From Desulfobacterales bacterium (GTDB taxonomy: Bacteria; Desulfobacterota; Desulfobacteria; Desulfobacterales; UBA2174), in assembly GCA_963668645.2 (NCBI GenBank), contig CAXXWC010000001.1, positions 526,090 through 590,089 of the forward strand: a stretch of DNA of 64,000 bases, in the 5' to 3' direction. Positions within the stretch are counted from its first letter, which is position 1, and each line of letters opens with the position of its first letter. The notes below the pieces were generated by a model. It saw only the letters and a list, made by a program, of their open reading frames with translations. It made no database searches and had not been told where the DNA came from. Positions 51,176-61,152 of the stretch are shown here, piece by piece. The position numbers and the translations under genes were made by a program.

Positions 51176-52543
51176 ATGAACGACTCAACCACGCACCTGC
51201 GCCGCGACGTGCGGGCCATCTTCGATGCAGGACTGGCGGCCGTAGACCCCGAGGCCGCCGTGAGCCGCCACCTCGTGCGCCGCGGCGCGCAGCTGCACGC
51301 CGGCGGCCGCACCTACGATCTGGATGCCTTCCGCCACGTGGTGCTCATCGGCGCCGGCAAGGCCGGTGCCCCCATGGCGGCGGCCGTCGAAGCGGTTGTC
51401 GGAGACCGTATCACCGGCGGTGCAGTGGTGGTCAAATACGGCCACGGCGCGCCGTTGCAGCATGTAAAACTCATCGAGGCCGGCCATCCGGTGCCCGATG
51501 AAAACAGCGTGGCCGGAGCCGACGCCGTCCTCGCCGCGGCTGCCGGCGCCGGGCCGGACAGCCTGGTGATCGGCCTGATTTCCGGCGGCGGCTCTTCCCT
51601 GCTGACACGCCCTGCCGCCGGTCTGACCCTGGCCGACAAGCAGGCGACCACACGCGTCCTGCTGGAATGCGGGGCCACGATACACGAGATCAACACGCTG
51701 CGTAAACACCTGTCGGCCGTCAAAGGCGGCCACCTGGCCCAGGCCGTTTTCCCGGCCGTCATGATCACGTTGATCCTCTCGGACGTGGTGGGCGATGATC
51801 TGGACATCATCGCCTCGGGTCCCACCGTACCCGATGCCGGCACATTTGCCGACTGTCTATCCATTGTCCGGCGCTACGGGATCGAGACGCGACTGCCCGC
51901 CACGGTGCGCCGATACATCGAGACCGGGGCCGCCGGCCACCACTGCGAAACCCCCAAGGCCGGCGATCCTGTTTTCAAAGCGGCCCATAACATCGTCGTG
52001 GGTCGCAACCTCGATGCCCTGACCGCGGCCCGAGACAAGGCCGCAACCCTCGGGTACCGGCCGTTGGTCCTCTCCTCGCAAATCCAGGGCGAAACGCGCC
52101 AGGTGGCCGGCGTGCACGCGGCCATAGCCCGAGAGGTTTGCCAGAGCGGCCAGCCGATCCCCCCGCCGGCCTGCATCCTGTCCGGCGGAGAGACCACGGT
52201 GACCATGGATTACCACGGCAAGGGGGGCCGCAACCAGGAGTTCGCCCTGGCCGCGGCCCTGGACATTGCCGGATGGGCACAGACCGTGATCCTCAGCGGC
52301 GGCACCGACGGCACGGACGGTCCCACCGATGCGGCCGGAGCCGTTGTGGACGGAACTACCGTGGCACGGGCTGAGGCCGCCGGCCTCGACGCCCGCAGTC
52401 ACCTGGCCGGTCACGACGCCTATCCCTTCTTCGAAAGGCTGGGAGACCTGCTGATCACCGGCCCGACGCGCACCAACGTGATGGATCTGCGCGTGATGCT
52501 GGTGGGTGGCCCCGGCAGGTCGTCGCATTTGCCGGAGGCATGA
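51176..52543 (+). CDS. Glycerate kinase, MOFRL/TtuD (class II) family
   Basis: GAGKAG, AGHPVPD, ISGGGS, RKHLS.VKGG, SDV.GD, IASGPT, GGETTV, GGRNQE, GTDG.DG, TGPT.TNV.D. Confidence 0.9.
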   Translation: MNDSTTHLRRDVRAIFDAGLAAVDPEAAVSRHLVRRGAQLHAGGRTYDLDAFRHVVLIGAGKAGAPMAAAVEAVVGDRITGGAVVVKYGHGAPLQHVKLIEAGHPVPDENSVAGADAVLAAAAGAGPDSLVIGLISGGGSSLLTRPAAGLTLADKQATTRVLLECGATIHEINTLRKHLSAVKGGHLAQAVFPAVMITLILSDVVGDDLDIIASGPTVPDAGTFADCLSIVRRYGIETRLPATVRRYIETGAAGHHCETPKAGDPVFKAAHNIVVGRNLDALTAARDKAATLGYRPLVLSSQIQGETRQVAGVHAAIAREVCQSGQPIPPPACILSGGETTVTMDYHGKGGRNQEFALAAALDIAGWAQTVILSGGTDGTDGPTDAAGAVVDGTTVARAEAAGLDARSHLAGHDAYPFFERLGDLLITGPTRTNVMDLRVMLVGGPGRSSHLPEA

Positions 52544-52586
52544 GCCGCGGGCCGCAACCCGGCACCGCGCATGAATTCAGGAGCCC

Positions 52587-53306
52587 ATGCAAGACTATCC
52601 CCAATTCAAACAGGGCAATCTGGTCGACCAGGTATTCGAATCCCTGCGGACCGAAATCGTCTCGGGCCGGATGCAGCAGGGCCAGCGCTTTCCGCCCCAG
52701 GACATCCTGGCGCGCAACTTAGGTGTTTCGCGCACCGTGATCCGGGAGGCCCAAAAAAAACTCTCGTCTCTTGGCCTGGTCAAGTGCGAACAGGGCCGGG
52801 GAACCTTCGTCTCTGCCCCCGACTCACACCAACTGCTCGATCCGATGCTCTCGTCGCTGACCCTTGACAAGGCCTCGACCCGCGAGTTGCTTGAGGCGCG
52901 CTACCACATGGAAAATGTGGTCGCCCGCCTGGCCGCGTCCCGCGCTACAGCTTGCGACGTGGACCGATTGGAAAAAATCGTGGCAGCGATGCGCACCAGC
53001 GCCGAGGACGGTGACCTGGCAGCTTTCTCCCGCCATGACAATGCCTTTCACCGGGAGCTGGCCGACATTAGCAAAAACGGATTGCTCAGACGCATCCTCA
53101 GCACCCTGTGGGATCTGAACTACTGCTTCCTGATGACCTTCACCCGCACCGCCGGTGCCATCGAAAGGGCCATCACTTATCATCAGTGCATCCTCGACGC
53201 CGTTGCCAAAAACGACCCCGCCCTGGCCGAACGCCAGATGACCAGCCACATGCAGGACATCATCAAATCGGTAAAACGCCATTACGATCTCGACATGGAA
53301 ATCTGA
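52587..53306 (+). CDS. FadR/GntR-family transcriptional regulator
   Basis: LA..LGVSR.V.REA, G.GTFV, EAR...E, D..FH, S.N. Confidence 0.9.
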   Translation: MQDYPQFKQGNLVDQVFESLRTEIVSGRMQQGQRFPPQDILARNLGVSRTVIREAQKKLSSLGLVKCEQGRGTFVSAPDSHQLLDPMLSSLTLDKASTRELLEARYHMENVVARLAASRATACDVDRLEKIVAAMRTSAEDGDLAAFSRHDNAFHRELADISKNGLLRRILSTLWDLNYCFLMTFTRTAGAIERAITYHQCILDAVAKNDPALAERQMTSHMQDIIKSVKRHYDLDMEI

Positions 53307-53371
53307 CAACCCGAACCGTGCGCTGGAAGATCCGGAGAAAATGCTTGACAGGTTTTTGACGGAAGATCATA

Positions 53372-53387
53372 CATCATACGTATGATG
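53372..53387. promoter_or_regulatory. Perfect 16-bp palindrome, candidate operator
   Basis: CATCATACGTATGATG, downstream of TTGACA (53345-53350) and upstream of the methyltransferase/TRAP operon. Confidence 0.65.
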
Positions 53388-53494
53388 AATAAGTCGCGAC
53401 CCAGACGGGTACCATTTGCCATTTCCGCATGTCGGCTTTTTGTTCAAGCCGCATGGCGTCGCCGTTCGTCACTGCCATGAACGCAGGAGGTTTT

Positions 53495-54292
53495 ATGCTG
53501 ATCATCGCCGAACGTATCAACGCCTCGCGCCGGGGAATAAGACCGGCGATCGAAAGCCGCGACACCGCCTTGATCCAGGAAGAAGTCCGGCGTCAGGCAG
53601 CGGCCGGTGCCGGTTACATCGACTTGAACGCCGGTACCCTGCCTGCGGATCAGGAAGCAGGCGGTCTTTTCTGGCTGGTGGAAACCGCCCAGGCGGTCTG
53701 CGACCTGCCCCTCTGCCTGGACAGCCCCAACCCCGAGACCCTTGCAGCTGCAGCGCCGCTCTGCCGCCAGCCGCCGCTGATCAACTCCATCACCTTGGAG
53801 TCTCAGCGTTTTGACGGGATCGTGCCGTTGCTGGCCGGATCCGAGATGCCGGTCATCGCGCTGTGCCAGGATGAAGGCCGTATGGCCGTCACGACCGCCG
53901 ACAAGATCGAGTTGGCCGGACGCCTCATAGCCCGGCTCGGCGCGGCCGGCATCGGGCCGGAACGGATCTACATCGATCCGCTGGTCTACCCCCTGGCCAC
54001 GGACCCCGAATCCGCGGCCGCGGCCCTTGACGCCATCGCCGCCATCATGGTGCGTTTTGCCGGCGTGCACACCGTCTGCGGACTGACCAACGTCTCCTAT
54101 GGCCTGCCGGCCCGCCGTTTGGTCAACCGTACCTTTCTGGTTGCCGCCATCTGCCGGGGGCTCGACGCGGTGATCTGCGACCCGACCGACGTGGAACTGG
54201 TCCAGGCCCTGCATGCGGCCCGCCTGGTAGCCGGCCGCGATGCTTTCTGCATGGATTTCATCCAGGCCTTCAAGGAGGGCCGTCTCGGTTGA
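53495..54292 (+). CDS. Methyltetrahydrofolate:corrinoid methyltransferase (AcsE/MetH pterin-binding domain)
   Basis: IIAERIN, IDLNAG, LCLDS, INS, IYIDP, GLTNVSYGLP.R, GLD..I.DP; AGGAGG RBS. Confidence 0.9.
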   Translation: MLIIAERINASRRGIRPAIESRDTALIQEEVRRQAAAGAGYIDLNAGTLPADQEAGGLFWLVETAQAVCDLPLCLDSPNPETLAAAAPLCRQPPLINSITLESQRFDGIVPLLAGSEMPVIALCQDEGRMAVTTADKIELAGRLIARLGAAGIGPERIYIDPLVYPLATDPESAAAALDAIAAIMVRFAGVHTVCGLTNVSYGLPARRLVNRTFLVAAICRGLDAVICDPTDVELVQALHAARLVAGRDAFCMDFIQAFKEGRLG

Positions 54293-54465
54293 TCGCCGCC
54301 CCACCATGGTCGGCGGCCCAGGAAAGGAGGTGGCAGCAAGATGGTCCCCCGGAGTGGTGTCCGGATCCGCTCCGATGCAAACACACGGTGTGACGACGAC
54401 CGCCGGGCGCCACGGCCCGCGGCGGCGGCACCAATTGAGCCGACAAAGGACGAAGGAGAGACGCA

Positions 54466-55518
54466 ATGAGAGGAAAACGCATTTTTCGCACTGCCTTGTT
54501 GAGCGCCGTAGCTTGCTTCTGGATCGCTGCGGCGGCCGCGGCCGCCCAGGACAAACCCATCGTTCTGACCTTGGGCCATTTTGAGACCCCCGACATCCAG
54601 AACACCATCGAACACCCCATGGCCGTGGTGTTCAAGTCCATCGTCGAGGCCCGCACCAACGGAGGGGTTAAAGTCGAAATCCACCCCTCCAACACCCTGG
54701 GCAAAGAGCGCCAGATGCTCGAAAGCACCCAGATGGGATTGATCCAGGGCTGCATCATCGCCGAGGGGACTGTACCGGTCTTCTACCCGATGGTCCAGAT
54801 TTTCAGCGTACCGTACCTTTTCGCCACCGAAAGTATCGGCTGGGAGGTAACGGACGGCCCCTTCGGCCAGCAACTGTTTGAAGACATGCGCAAGACCACC
54901 GGCCTGCGGGTGGTGGCCACCGGCCGCGGCGCCTTCCGCAACTTCACCAACTCGACCCGCCCGATCAAAAGTCCCCAGGACATGCAGGGGATGAAGTTCC
55001 GCACGATGCAGGTGCCGGCCCACATGGCCATGGTGCGCGCCCTGGGGGCGGCGGCCACCCCGATATCCTGGGCCGAAATCTACTCCGCCCTGCAGACCAA
55101 GGTGGTGGACGGCCAGGAGAACCCGGTGGGCGTGATCGTCTCCGGACGCCTCTACGAGGTCCAGAAGTACCTGACCCTCGACGGCCACGTTTACAGCACC
55201 AGTTTCATGATCCTCAACGATCAGTGGCTCGACAGCCTGCCGCCCGAATACCGCAAGGCAATTCTCGATGCCGGGCGGGCAGCCACGGTGACCGGCCGCG
55301 GCGTAAGCCGCCTGCAGGACGCCGTGGGCCTGGACAAGCTCATCTCGGCGGGCATGGAGGTCTACACCCCCACGGCCGCAGATCTGGCCCAGTTCCGCAA
55401 GCTCTCCCAGCCGGTGGTCATCGACTGGCTCAAGGAGAATGTCAAGGGCTCCGGCCCCTGGATCGAAAAGATGCTGAAAGCCACCACCGAAGTGGAAACC
55501 AAGTACGGCTATCGCTAA
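54466..55518 (+). CDS. dctP: TRAP transporter substrate-binding protein
   Basis: Signal peptide, FRNF, D..G.KFR, LGA, E.Y.ALQ..VVDGQENP. Confidence 0.92.
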   Translation: MRGKRIFRTALLSAVACFWIAAAAAAAQDKPIVLTLGHFETPDIQNTIEHPMAVVFKSIVEARTNGGVKVEIHPSNTLGKERQMLESTQMGLIQGCIIAEGTVPVFYPMVQIFSVPYLFATESIGWEVTDGPFGQQLFEDMRKTTGLRVVATGRGAFRNFTNSTRPIKSPQDMQGMKFRTMQVPAHMAMVRALGAAATPISWAEIYSALQTKVVDGQENPVGVIVSGRLYEVQKYLTLDGHVYSTSFMILNDQWLDSLPPEYRKAILDAGRAATVTGRGVSRLQDAVGLDKLISAGMEVYTPTAADLAQFRKLSQPVVIDWLKENVKGSGPWIEKMLKATTEVETKYGYR

Positions 55519-55530
55519 GTATAGACCGGC

Positions 55531-55561
55531 CGGGGAAGGTCGCCGCCGCTGACCTTCCCCG
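55531..55561 (+). other. Intercistronic stem-loop after dctP
   Basis: CGGGGAAGGTC-N9-GACCTTCCCCG with no U-tract. Confidence 0.55.
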
Positions 55562-55603
55562 CTCCCCACACCCACTGGAGAAAATCCTCAGAGTGGAGGC
55601 CCT

Positions 55604-56140
55604 ATGGCCCGGATCATCACCCGTATCGAGGCGGCCAGTTGCCGGCTCGATCAGATTGTCGGATGGCTGTGCATTTTCCTGGGCACGGTCATGACCGTCA
55701 TCGTTTTCGTGGCGGTGGTATTCCGCTACATCTTCAATGCCCCGCTGGAGTGGTCCGAGGAGCTTTCCACCTTCATGATGGTCTGGTTTGCCATGCTCGG
55801 CGCCAGCATGGGGGTTTACCGGGGACGCCATGTCGGCGTGTCATACGTAGTGGAAAAGGTCCCCTTCTTTCAGCGCTGGCGGCGGGCCATCGCCATCGGC
55901 AGCAACCTGCTGATGCTCATCTTCGTGGCCGTGCTGCTGTGGCAGGGGGCCCTGCTGGCCGAGTTTGCCTCCCGCCAGCAGTCACCGGCGCTGATGATCT
56001 CCATGTTCTGGCCTTACTTCGGACTGCTGCTGGGCGGAGTGGCCGTGGGCCTGCAGCTCGTCTTTCAGATCTTCAGGGCCGCCGCCGGACGCGACATCTA
56101 CGTGATCGACGCCTGTGCCTACCAGGAGGAGACGCCATGA
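55604..56140 (+). CDS. dctQ: TRAP transporter small permease
   Basis: V.FRY, W.EEL, W..MLGA, H..V, SPAL. Confidence 0.9.
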   Translation: MARIITRIEAASCRLDQIVGWLCIFLGTVMTVIVFVAVVFRYIFNAPLEWSEELSTFMMVWFAMLGASMGVYRGRHVGVSYVVEKVPFFQRWRRAIAIGSNLLMLIFVAVLLWQGALLAEFASRQQSPALMISMFWPYFGLLLGGVAVGLQLVFQIFRAAAGRDIYVIDACAYQEETP

Positions 56141-57423
56141 CGCTGATCATTCTGGCCTTGGTTTTCGCCGTAACCCTGCTCATGGGGATTCCCATCGCCT
56201 TTTGCCTCGGTCTGGCCTCGCTGGCGGCCCTGGTGACCATCGGCAATCCGCTCTTTTTGCGCCTGGTGCCGCAGATGGTCTTTCAGGGCATGAGCATGTT
56301 CTCGCTGATGGCCATTCCATTTTTCATCTTCGCCGGCGAAATCATGAACAAAAGCCAGATCACCCAGACGATCATCGGCTTTGCCAACGCCCTGGTGGGC
56401 CATGTGCGTGGGGCACTGGCCCACGTCAACATCGTATCGAGCATCTTTTTTGCCGGAATCACCGGTGCGGCAGTGGCCGACACCGCCGCCCTGGGCACGA
56501 TCCTGATTCCGGCCATGGTGCGCGAAGGCTACGAAGAGGACTTCAGCGCGGCGGTGACGATCTCCTCGTCGGTGATCGGCCCGATCATCCCGCCGAGCAT
56601 CGTCATGGTGATCTACGGCGTGACGATGAAAGAGTCGATCGCCGCCCTGTTCTCCGCCGGCTTTGTACCGGGCCTGTTTATCGGCCTGGCGCTGATGGCT
56701 GTCAGCTACGTCATCGCCCGGCGCAAGGGCTACGGCCGCAAGACGCGTGCCCCGCTGGGTGAGATCCTGCGCCAGGGCCGCCGGGCCATGGTCGGTCTGA
56801 TGATCCCGATCATTATCCTCGGCGGAATTATCACCGGAATTTTCACCCCCACCGAGGCGGCCGCCGTGGCCGTGGCCTACGGGATCGTCGTGGGACTTTT
56901 CGTCTTCAAAACCCTCAAGCTGAGCGATTTTCCGCTGATGCTCAAGCGCACGGCCATCACCAGCGCGGTGGTGCTGCTGATCATCGGGGCGGCCAACATC
57001 ATGGGCTGGGTTTTGGCCTTCCAACGCATGCCGGAGATGATGGCCAGGATGTTCCTCTCGGTGACCGACAACCCGTACGTGATCCTGCTGATGATCAACC
57101 TGCTGCTGCTTGTCGTGGGCATGTTCATGGAAATTTCGGCCTCCATCGTGCTGCTGGCCCCGATCCTGGCCCCCCTGGCCCAGACCCTGGGCATCGCGCC
57201 GCTGCACTTTGCCATGGTCATGCTCGTCAACCTCAACATCGGTCTGATCACCCCGCCCCTGGGCCAGTGCATCTTCACAGTCTGCGGCATCACCAACCTG
57301 AAAATGGAACAGGTGGTGCGGGCCACCTGGCCTTTTTTACTGGCCGAACTCGTGGTCCTGGTCCTGATTACCTTTTTCCCGATCATCACCGAGATCGTGC
57401 CGCGGATGCTCGGCTACCTGTGA
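56137..57423 (+). CDS. dctM: TRAP transporter large permease
   Basis: AIPFFI.AG, G.A.AD, IIPPS, TPTEAA, G.ITPP.G; ATGA coupling with dctQ. Confidence 0.93.
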   Translation: MTLIILALVFAVTLLMGIPIAFCLGLASLAALVTIGNPLFLRLVPQMVFQGMSMFSLMAIPFFIFAGEIMNKSQITQTIIGFANALVGHVRGALAHVNIVSSIFFAGITGAAVADTAALGTILIPAMVREGYEEDFSAAVTISSSVIGPIIPPSIVMVIYGVTMKESIAALFSAGFVPGLFIGLALMAVSYVIARRKGYGRKTRAPLGEILRQGRRAMVGLMIPIIILGGIITGIFTPTEAAAVAVAYGIVVGLFVFKTLKLSDFPLMLKRTAITSAVVLLIIGAANIMGWVLAFQRMPEMMARMFLSVTDNPYVILLMINLLLLVVGMFMEISASIVLLAPILAPLAQTLGIAPLHFAMVMLVNLNIGLITPPLGQCIFTVCGITNLKMEQVVRATWPFLLAELVVLVLITFFPIITEIVPRMLGYL

Positions 57424-57476
57424 TAGCAATGAAGACCGCCCCGTTTCCAAAGGGACTAAGAAAGGCTTAGCCATCC

Positions 57477-58515
57477 ATGAAAGAATCCGGATTCAACCGC
57501 TTCATGTCCGCCCTGTTCAACGGCCGGCGCGCCGGCCGGCCGCCGGTGGGCAATCCGACTTCCATCGTTTGCCACGGACTGATGGACGCCGCCGGCGTCG
57601 GCTTCCCCGAAGCTCATCTCGACGCGGCCGCCATGGCCGAGCTGGCCCTGGCAGGCCACGAGATCGTCGGCTTTGACACGGTGATGCCCGAGTACTCGGT
57701 CCAGCAGGAGGCCGCTGCCCTGGGCTGCACGGTGGATTGGGGCGACCGCAACACCATGCCCGACGCCAAGAACTTTCCCCACCAGGACTTTTCCGATGTC
57801 CAGGTGCCGGAAAACATCCTGGAAAAACCATCGATGCGCGTAGTGCTCGATGCCATCTCGATCCTGCGGCACCACGTAGGCGGCAAGGCAGCCATCATCG
57901 GCAAGGTCATGGGCCCCTGGACCCTGGCCTACCACATGGCCGGCACCCAGAACCTATTGCTCCAGATCGGCCTGGGCGAGGATGAGAAGGTGGTGCGCAT
58001 GCTGCGCCAGCTCATGCCGGTGCCGGTCCTTTATGCCAACGCCATGTTCGCTGCCGGCGCCGATGCGGTGGTGCTGGCCGATCACGCCACCGGCAGTCTG
58101 GTCAGCTCGACCCACTACGAAAAGCTTCTGCTGCCGATCCACCAGGAACTCATCCCCCAGATCTGCGGTCCGGTGATCCTGCATGTCTGCGGCGACTGCA
58201 GCGACCGGCTCGAACTGTTCGCCGCCTCGGGGATCGACGCCTACCACATGGAATGGCAGGTCGACGCGGCTGAGGCCGTACGCCGGGTGGGCGACCGCAT
58301 CTCGCTGATCGGCAACGTCAACAACACCCGGGTCCTTTACCAGGGCACCCCGCAGGACGTTTACCGGCAGGTGCGCTATGCGGTGGCCTCCGGGATGAAC
58401 ATCATCGCGCCGGAGTGCGCCATCCCTCTTGCCACCCCCGCTGGAAAACCTCAAGGCGATCGTGGCGGCGGCCAGCGAAGGATACAAACAGCCCGCCGGC
58501 GCCCCGGTGAGCTGA
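57477..58515 (+). CDS. MtaA/CmuA (URO-D fold) corrinoid-dependent methyltransferase, with a +1 frameshift near 58440
   Basis: EA.ALG, GPWTLA, Zn motif LHVCG...APEC; the expected C-terminus LENLKAIV... continues in the shifted frame to TGA 58513-58515. Confidence 0.82.
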
Positions 58516-58550
58516 GACTCTATTTGGGAACCATGGAGGTTCGAATCGAG

Positions 58551-59189
58551 ATGCACACGCTTTTGGAAACCATCAAACAGGCAGTGATCGACGGCGGCCA
58601 CAAGCAGATCGAAGCGCTGGTGGGCCAAGCCGTCGAGGCCGGTCTGCCCCTGGAACAGATCATCAATGAATCGCTCATCGACGCCATGGACGTGGTCGGC
58701 CAGCGCTTTTCCAAAAAAGAAATCTACGTACCGGAAATGCTCGTAGCGGCCGTAACCATGAAAAAGGGGCTCGATGTTGTCAAGCCCCTGATGGCCTCCA
58801 CCAAGGCGGTGCGGCGCGGCACGGTCATGATCTGCACCGTCAAGGGCGACATCCACGACATCGGCAAAAACCTCGTGGTGATGATGCTCGAAGGGGCCGG
58901 CTTCGAGGTGGTCGATCTGGGGGTCGATACCACGGTGGAAAAGGTCATCGCCGCAGTGCGCGAACAGCGCCCGGACGTGTTAGGCCTCTCGGCCCTGCTG
59001 ACGACCACCATGCCCGAGATGGCCCGCGTGGTCCAGAGCCTGGCGACTGCCGATCTGCGCGGCCAGGTAAAGGTCATCGTGGGCGGGGCGCCGGTGGACG
59101 CGGCCTTTGCCGAAAAGATCGGTGCCGACGGTTACGGGGCCGATGCGGCCGAGGCCGTCACCCTGTGCAAGACGCTGGTGGCCAGTTGA
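58551..59189 (+). CDS. Corrinoid (B12-binding) methyl-carrier protein
   Basis: Cap domain M..VG..F....YVPEM, GDIHDIGKN, DLG, SAL.TTT, GGAP; own GGAGG RBS at 58535. Confidence 0.92.
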   Translation: MHTLLETIKQAVIDGGHKQIEALVGQAVEAGLPLEQIINESLIDAMDVVGQRFSKKEIYVPEMLVAAVTMKKGLDVVKPLMASTKAVRRGTVMICTVKGDIHDIGKNLVVMMLEGAGFEVVDLGVDTTVEKVIAAVREQRPDVLGLSALLTTTMPEMARVVQSLATADLRGQVKVIVGGAPVDAAFAEKIGADGYGADAAEAVTLCKTLVAS

Positions 59190-59259
59190 TGATGCCCGGA
59201 AAATCGCGGCTGCGGGGCCGGAGTGCCCCTTGAAAGCGCTTCCGGCAGCAGTCGGCCCG

Positions 59260-61092
59260 ATGCAATCGCCGCGGCCACAGATCCGCTTCGAGCCTTCGGG
59301 ACGGGCAGTTGACGCCTCCGGCCCCCTTCTCCTTGCTAGAAATCGCACGAAAAGCCGGCATCCGCATCGCGGCCGACTGTGGCGGAGCCGGCCGGTGCGG
59401 CAAGTGCCGCGTACGGCCGGTGCCCGAAACAGCCGCAACCCCGCCCACGGCCGCCGAAGAAACCCTTCTCGGCCCGGCGCTCCTGGCGGCCGGCTACCGC
59501 CTGGCCTGCCAGACGGAGCCTCTGGCATCCATGAGCGTGGCGGTGGTCGAAGCCCAGGTCCAGACCGCATTCGACGACGAGGTGCTGCAAGTCTTGCCGC
59601 CGGCAGACCCGCCGGCCGTTTCAGTGACGGATCTGCCCGCCCCGGCCCCGGGCCGCCCGCCGGCGCCAAGTTTGTGGGAAGAGATCACCCGGGCCGCAAG
59701 CGCTGCCGGCGGCCCCAGACTTGGTCCACCGCCGCCGGCGCTTTGGGCCGAACTTTTCACCCCGAGCCGTTCTGGGTACCGGGCGGTATGGAGCGGCGAT
59801 CGCCTTCTGGGCCTGGCCGCCGCCGGCCGCCCGGTCTTAGGCCTGGCCGTGGATCTGGGCACGACTAAGGTGGCCGCGACCCTGATGGACCTGGCCTCCG
59901 GCCGCTGCCTGAGCCGCGCGACCGCCATCAATCCCCAGGTGAACTACGGGGCGGACATCATGACCCGCATGGCCGCAGCCCTGGCCGACGAGACGGACCG
60001 CGACGCCCAGCGCCGCGCCGCCGCCGGTGCCATCCAGGCCTTGGCCGAGGACCTGTGCAGGGCCGCATCCTGCCCGTCCTCCGTTACCGGCCCGCCGCTG
60101 GGCCCCGCAACAAGCGACATCTTCGCCGTGGTGATCGCCGGCAACAGCGCCATGCACCACCTGCTGCTCGGTTTGCCTGTCGATCAGTTGGGCCGCACCC
60201 CCTACCGACCGGTTCTGCGTGCCGCCCTGGATCTTCCCGCTCCGGCCGCCGGTTTAGACCTGGCGGCCGGAGCGCGGGTCTTTTTTCCGCCGATCATAGC
60301 CGGTTTTGTCGTGCAGACCACACGGCCGTGCTGGCCGCCACCGGCTTGATGCACAGCCATGGTGCGGCCCTGGGCATCGACATCGGCACCAACACCGAAA
60401 TCAGCCTGGCACGGATGGCCGCCTGTGGTGCTGCTCGGCCGCCTCCGGCCCGGCCTTCGAAGGGGCCCGGATCACCGACGGCATGCGTGCCGGGCCCGGG
60501 GCTGTCTTCAGGGTGCATATCCGGAATGAAGCCCTGGACCTGGATGTGATGGGGGGTGGGCCTGCGGCGGGCCTCTGCGGATCGGGCCTCTTTTCGGCCG
60601 TCGCTGCGCTTCGCCGCTACGGCTTTCTCGACGAGATGGGCCGCTTCAGCCGCACAGCGCCCTTCATCGACGGCCAGAACGTCCTGCTGGCACCGGCCGC
60701 CCACACCGCCCACGGCCGCGACATGATCCTGTCGCGCCGCGACATCGGCGAACTGCAGCTTGCCAAGGCCGCCATTCGCACAGGGATCGACCTTCTCCTG
60801 GCCGAGGCCGGGATCAGCCCGCGGCAGATCGACGCGGTGCTCATCGCCGGGGCCTTCGGCACGGCCGTGGCCCCCCAGGACATCCTGGATCTTGGGCTGC
60901 TGCCGGACATCGCTCCGGCCAAAATCCGCCAGGTCGGCAACGCCTCCCTGGCCGGCGCAATCCGGGCCCTGCTTTCCCTCGAAGAGCGCCGCAACATGGA
61001 CGCGCTGGCCGGTGCGGCCCCGGTACCTCGAGCTGGCCGGCCATCCCAGTTTCGCCCAGGGATTTGCGCTGGCGACCGGTCTTTGCCCCTGA
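59260..61092 (+). pseudogene. ASKHA/RACE (RamA-like) reductive activator of corrinoid proteins, four frameshifts as assembled
   Basis: 2Fe-2S CGG.G.CGKC...RLACQ, DLGTT, NPQ..YGAD, GN..M, DIGTN.E, GPAFEG, GLCGSG, QLAKAA, AGAFG, GNAS, LEL spread across frames. Confidence 0.8.
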
Positions 61093-61152
61093 TCCACCAT
61101 TTTCCCCGGATCGGAATCTTTACATGGCCCCCGTAGCCGCATCGGTGAATCG

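Noticed and set aside
55639..56136. Apparent DctQM fusion or extended DctM
   Set aside because: The extension is an alternative frame over dctQ; dctM starts at the ATGA overlap at 56137
57477..59189. 570-aa MtaA-corrinoid fusion (MtsD/CmuA-like) in the ORF track
   Set aside because: Explained by one extra C near 58440: the natural MtaA C-terminus and stop are in the shifted frame and the corrinoid gene has its own RBS and ATG
53495..61092. Pyrrolysine or selenocysteine readthrough in the methyltransferase cluster
   Set aside because: The breaks are frameshifts rather than in-frame TAG/TGA, and no MttB-family gene is present
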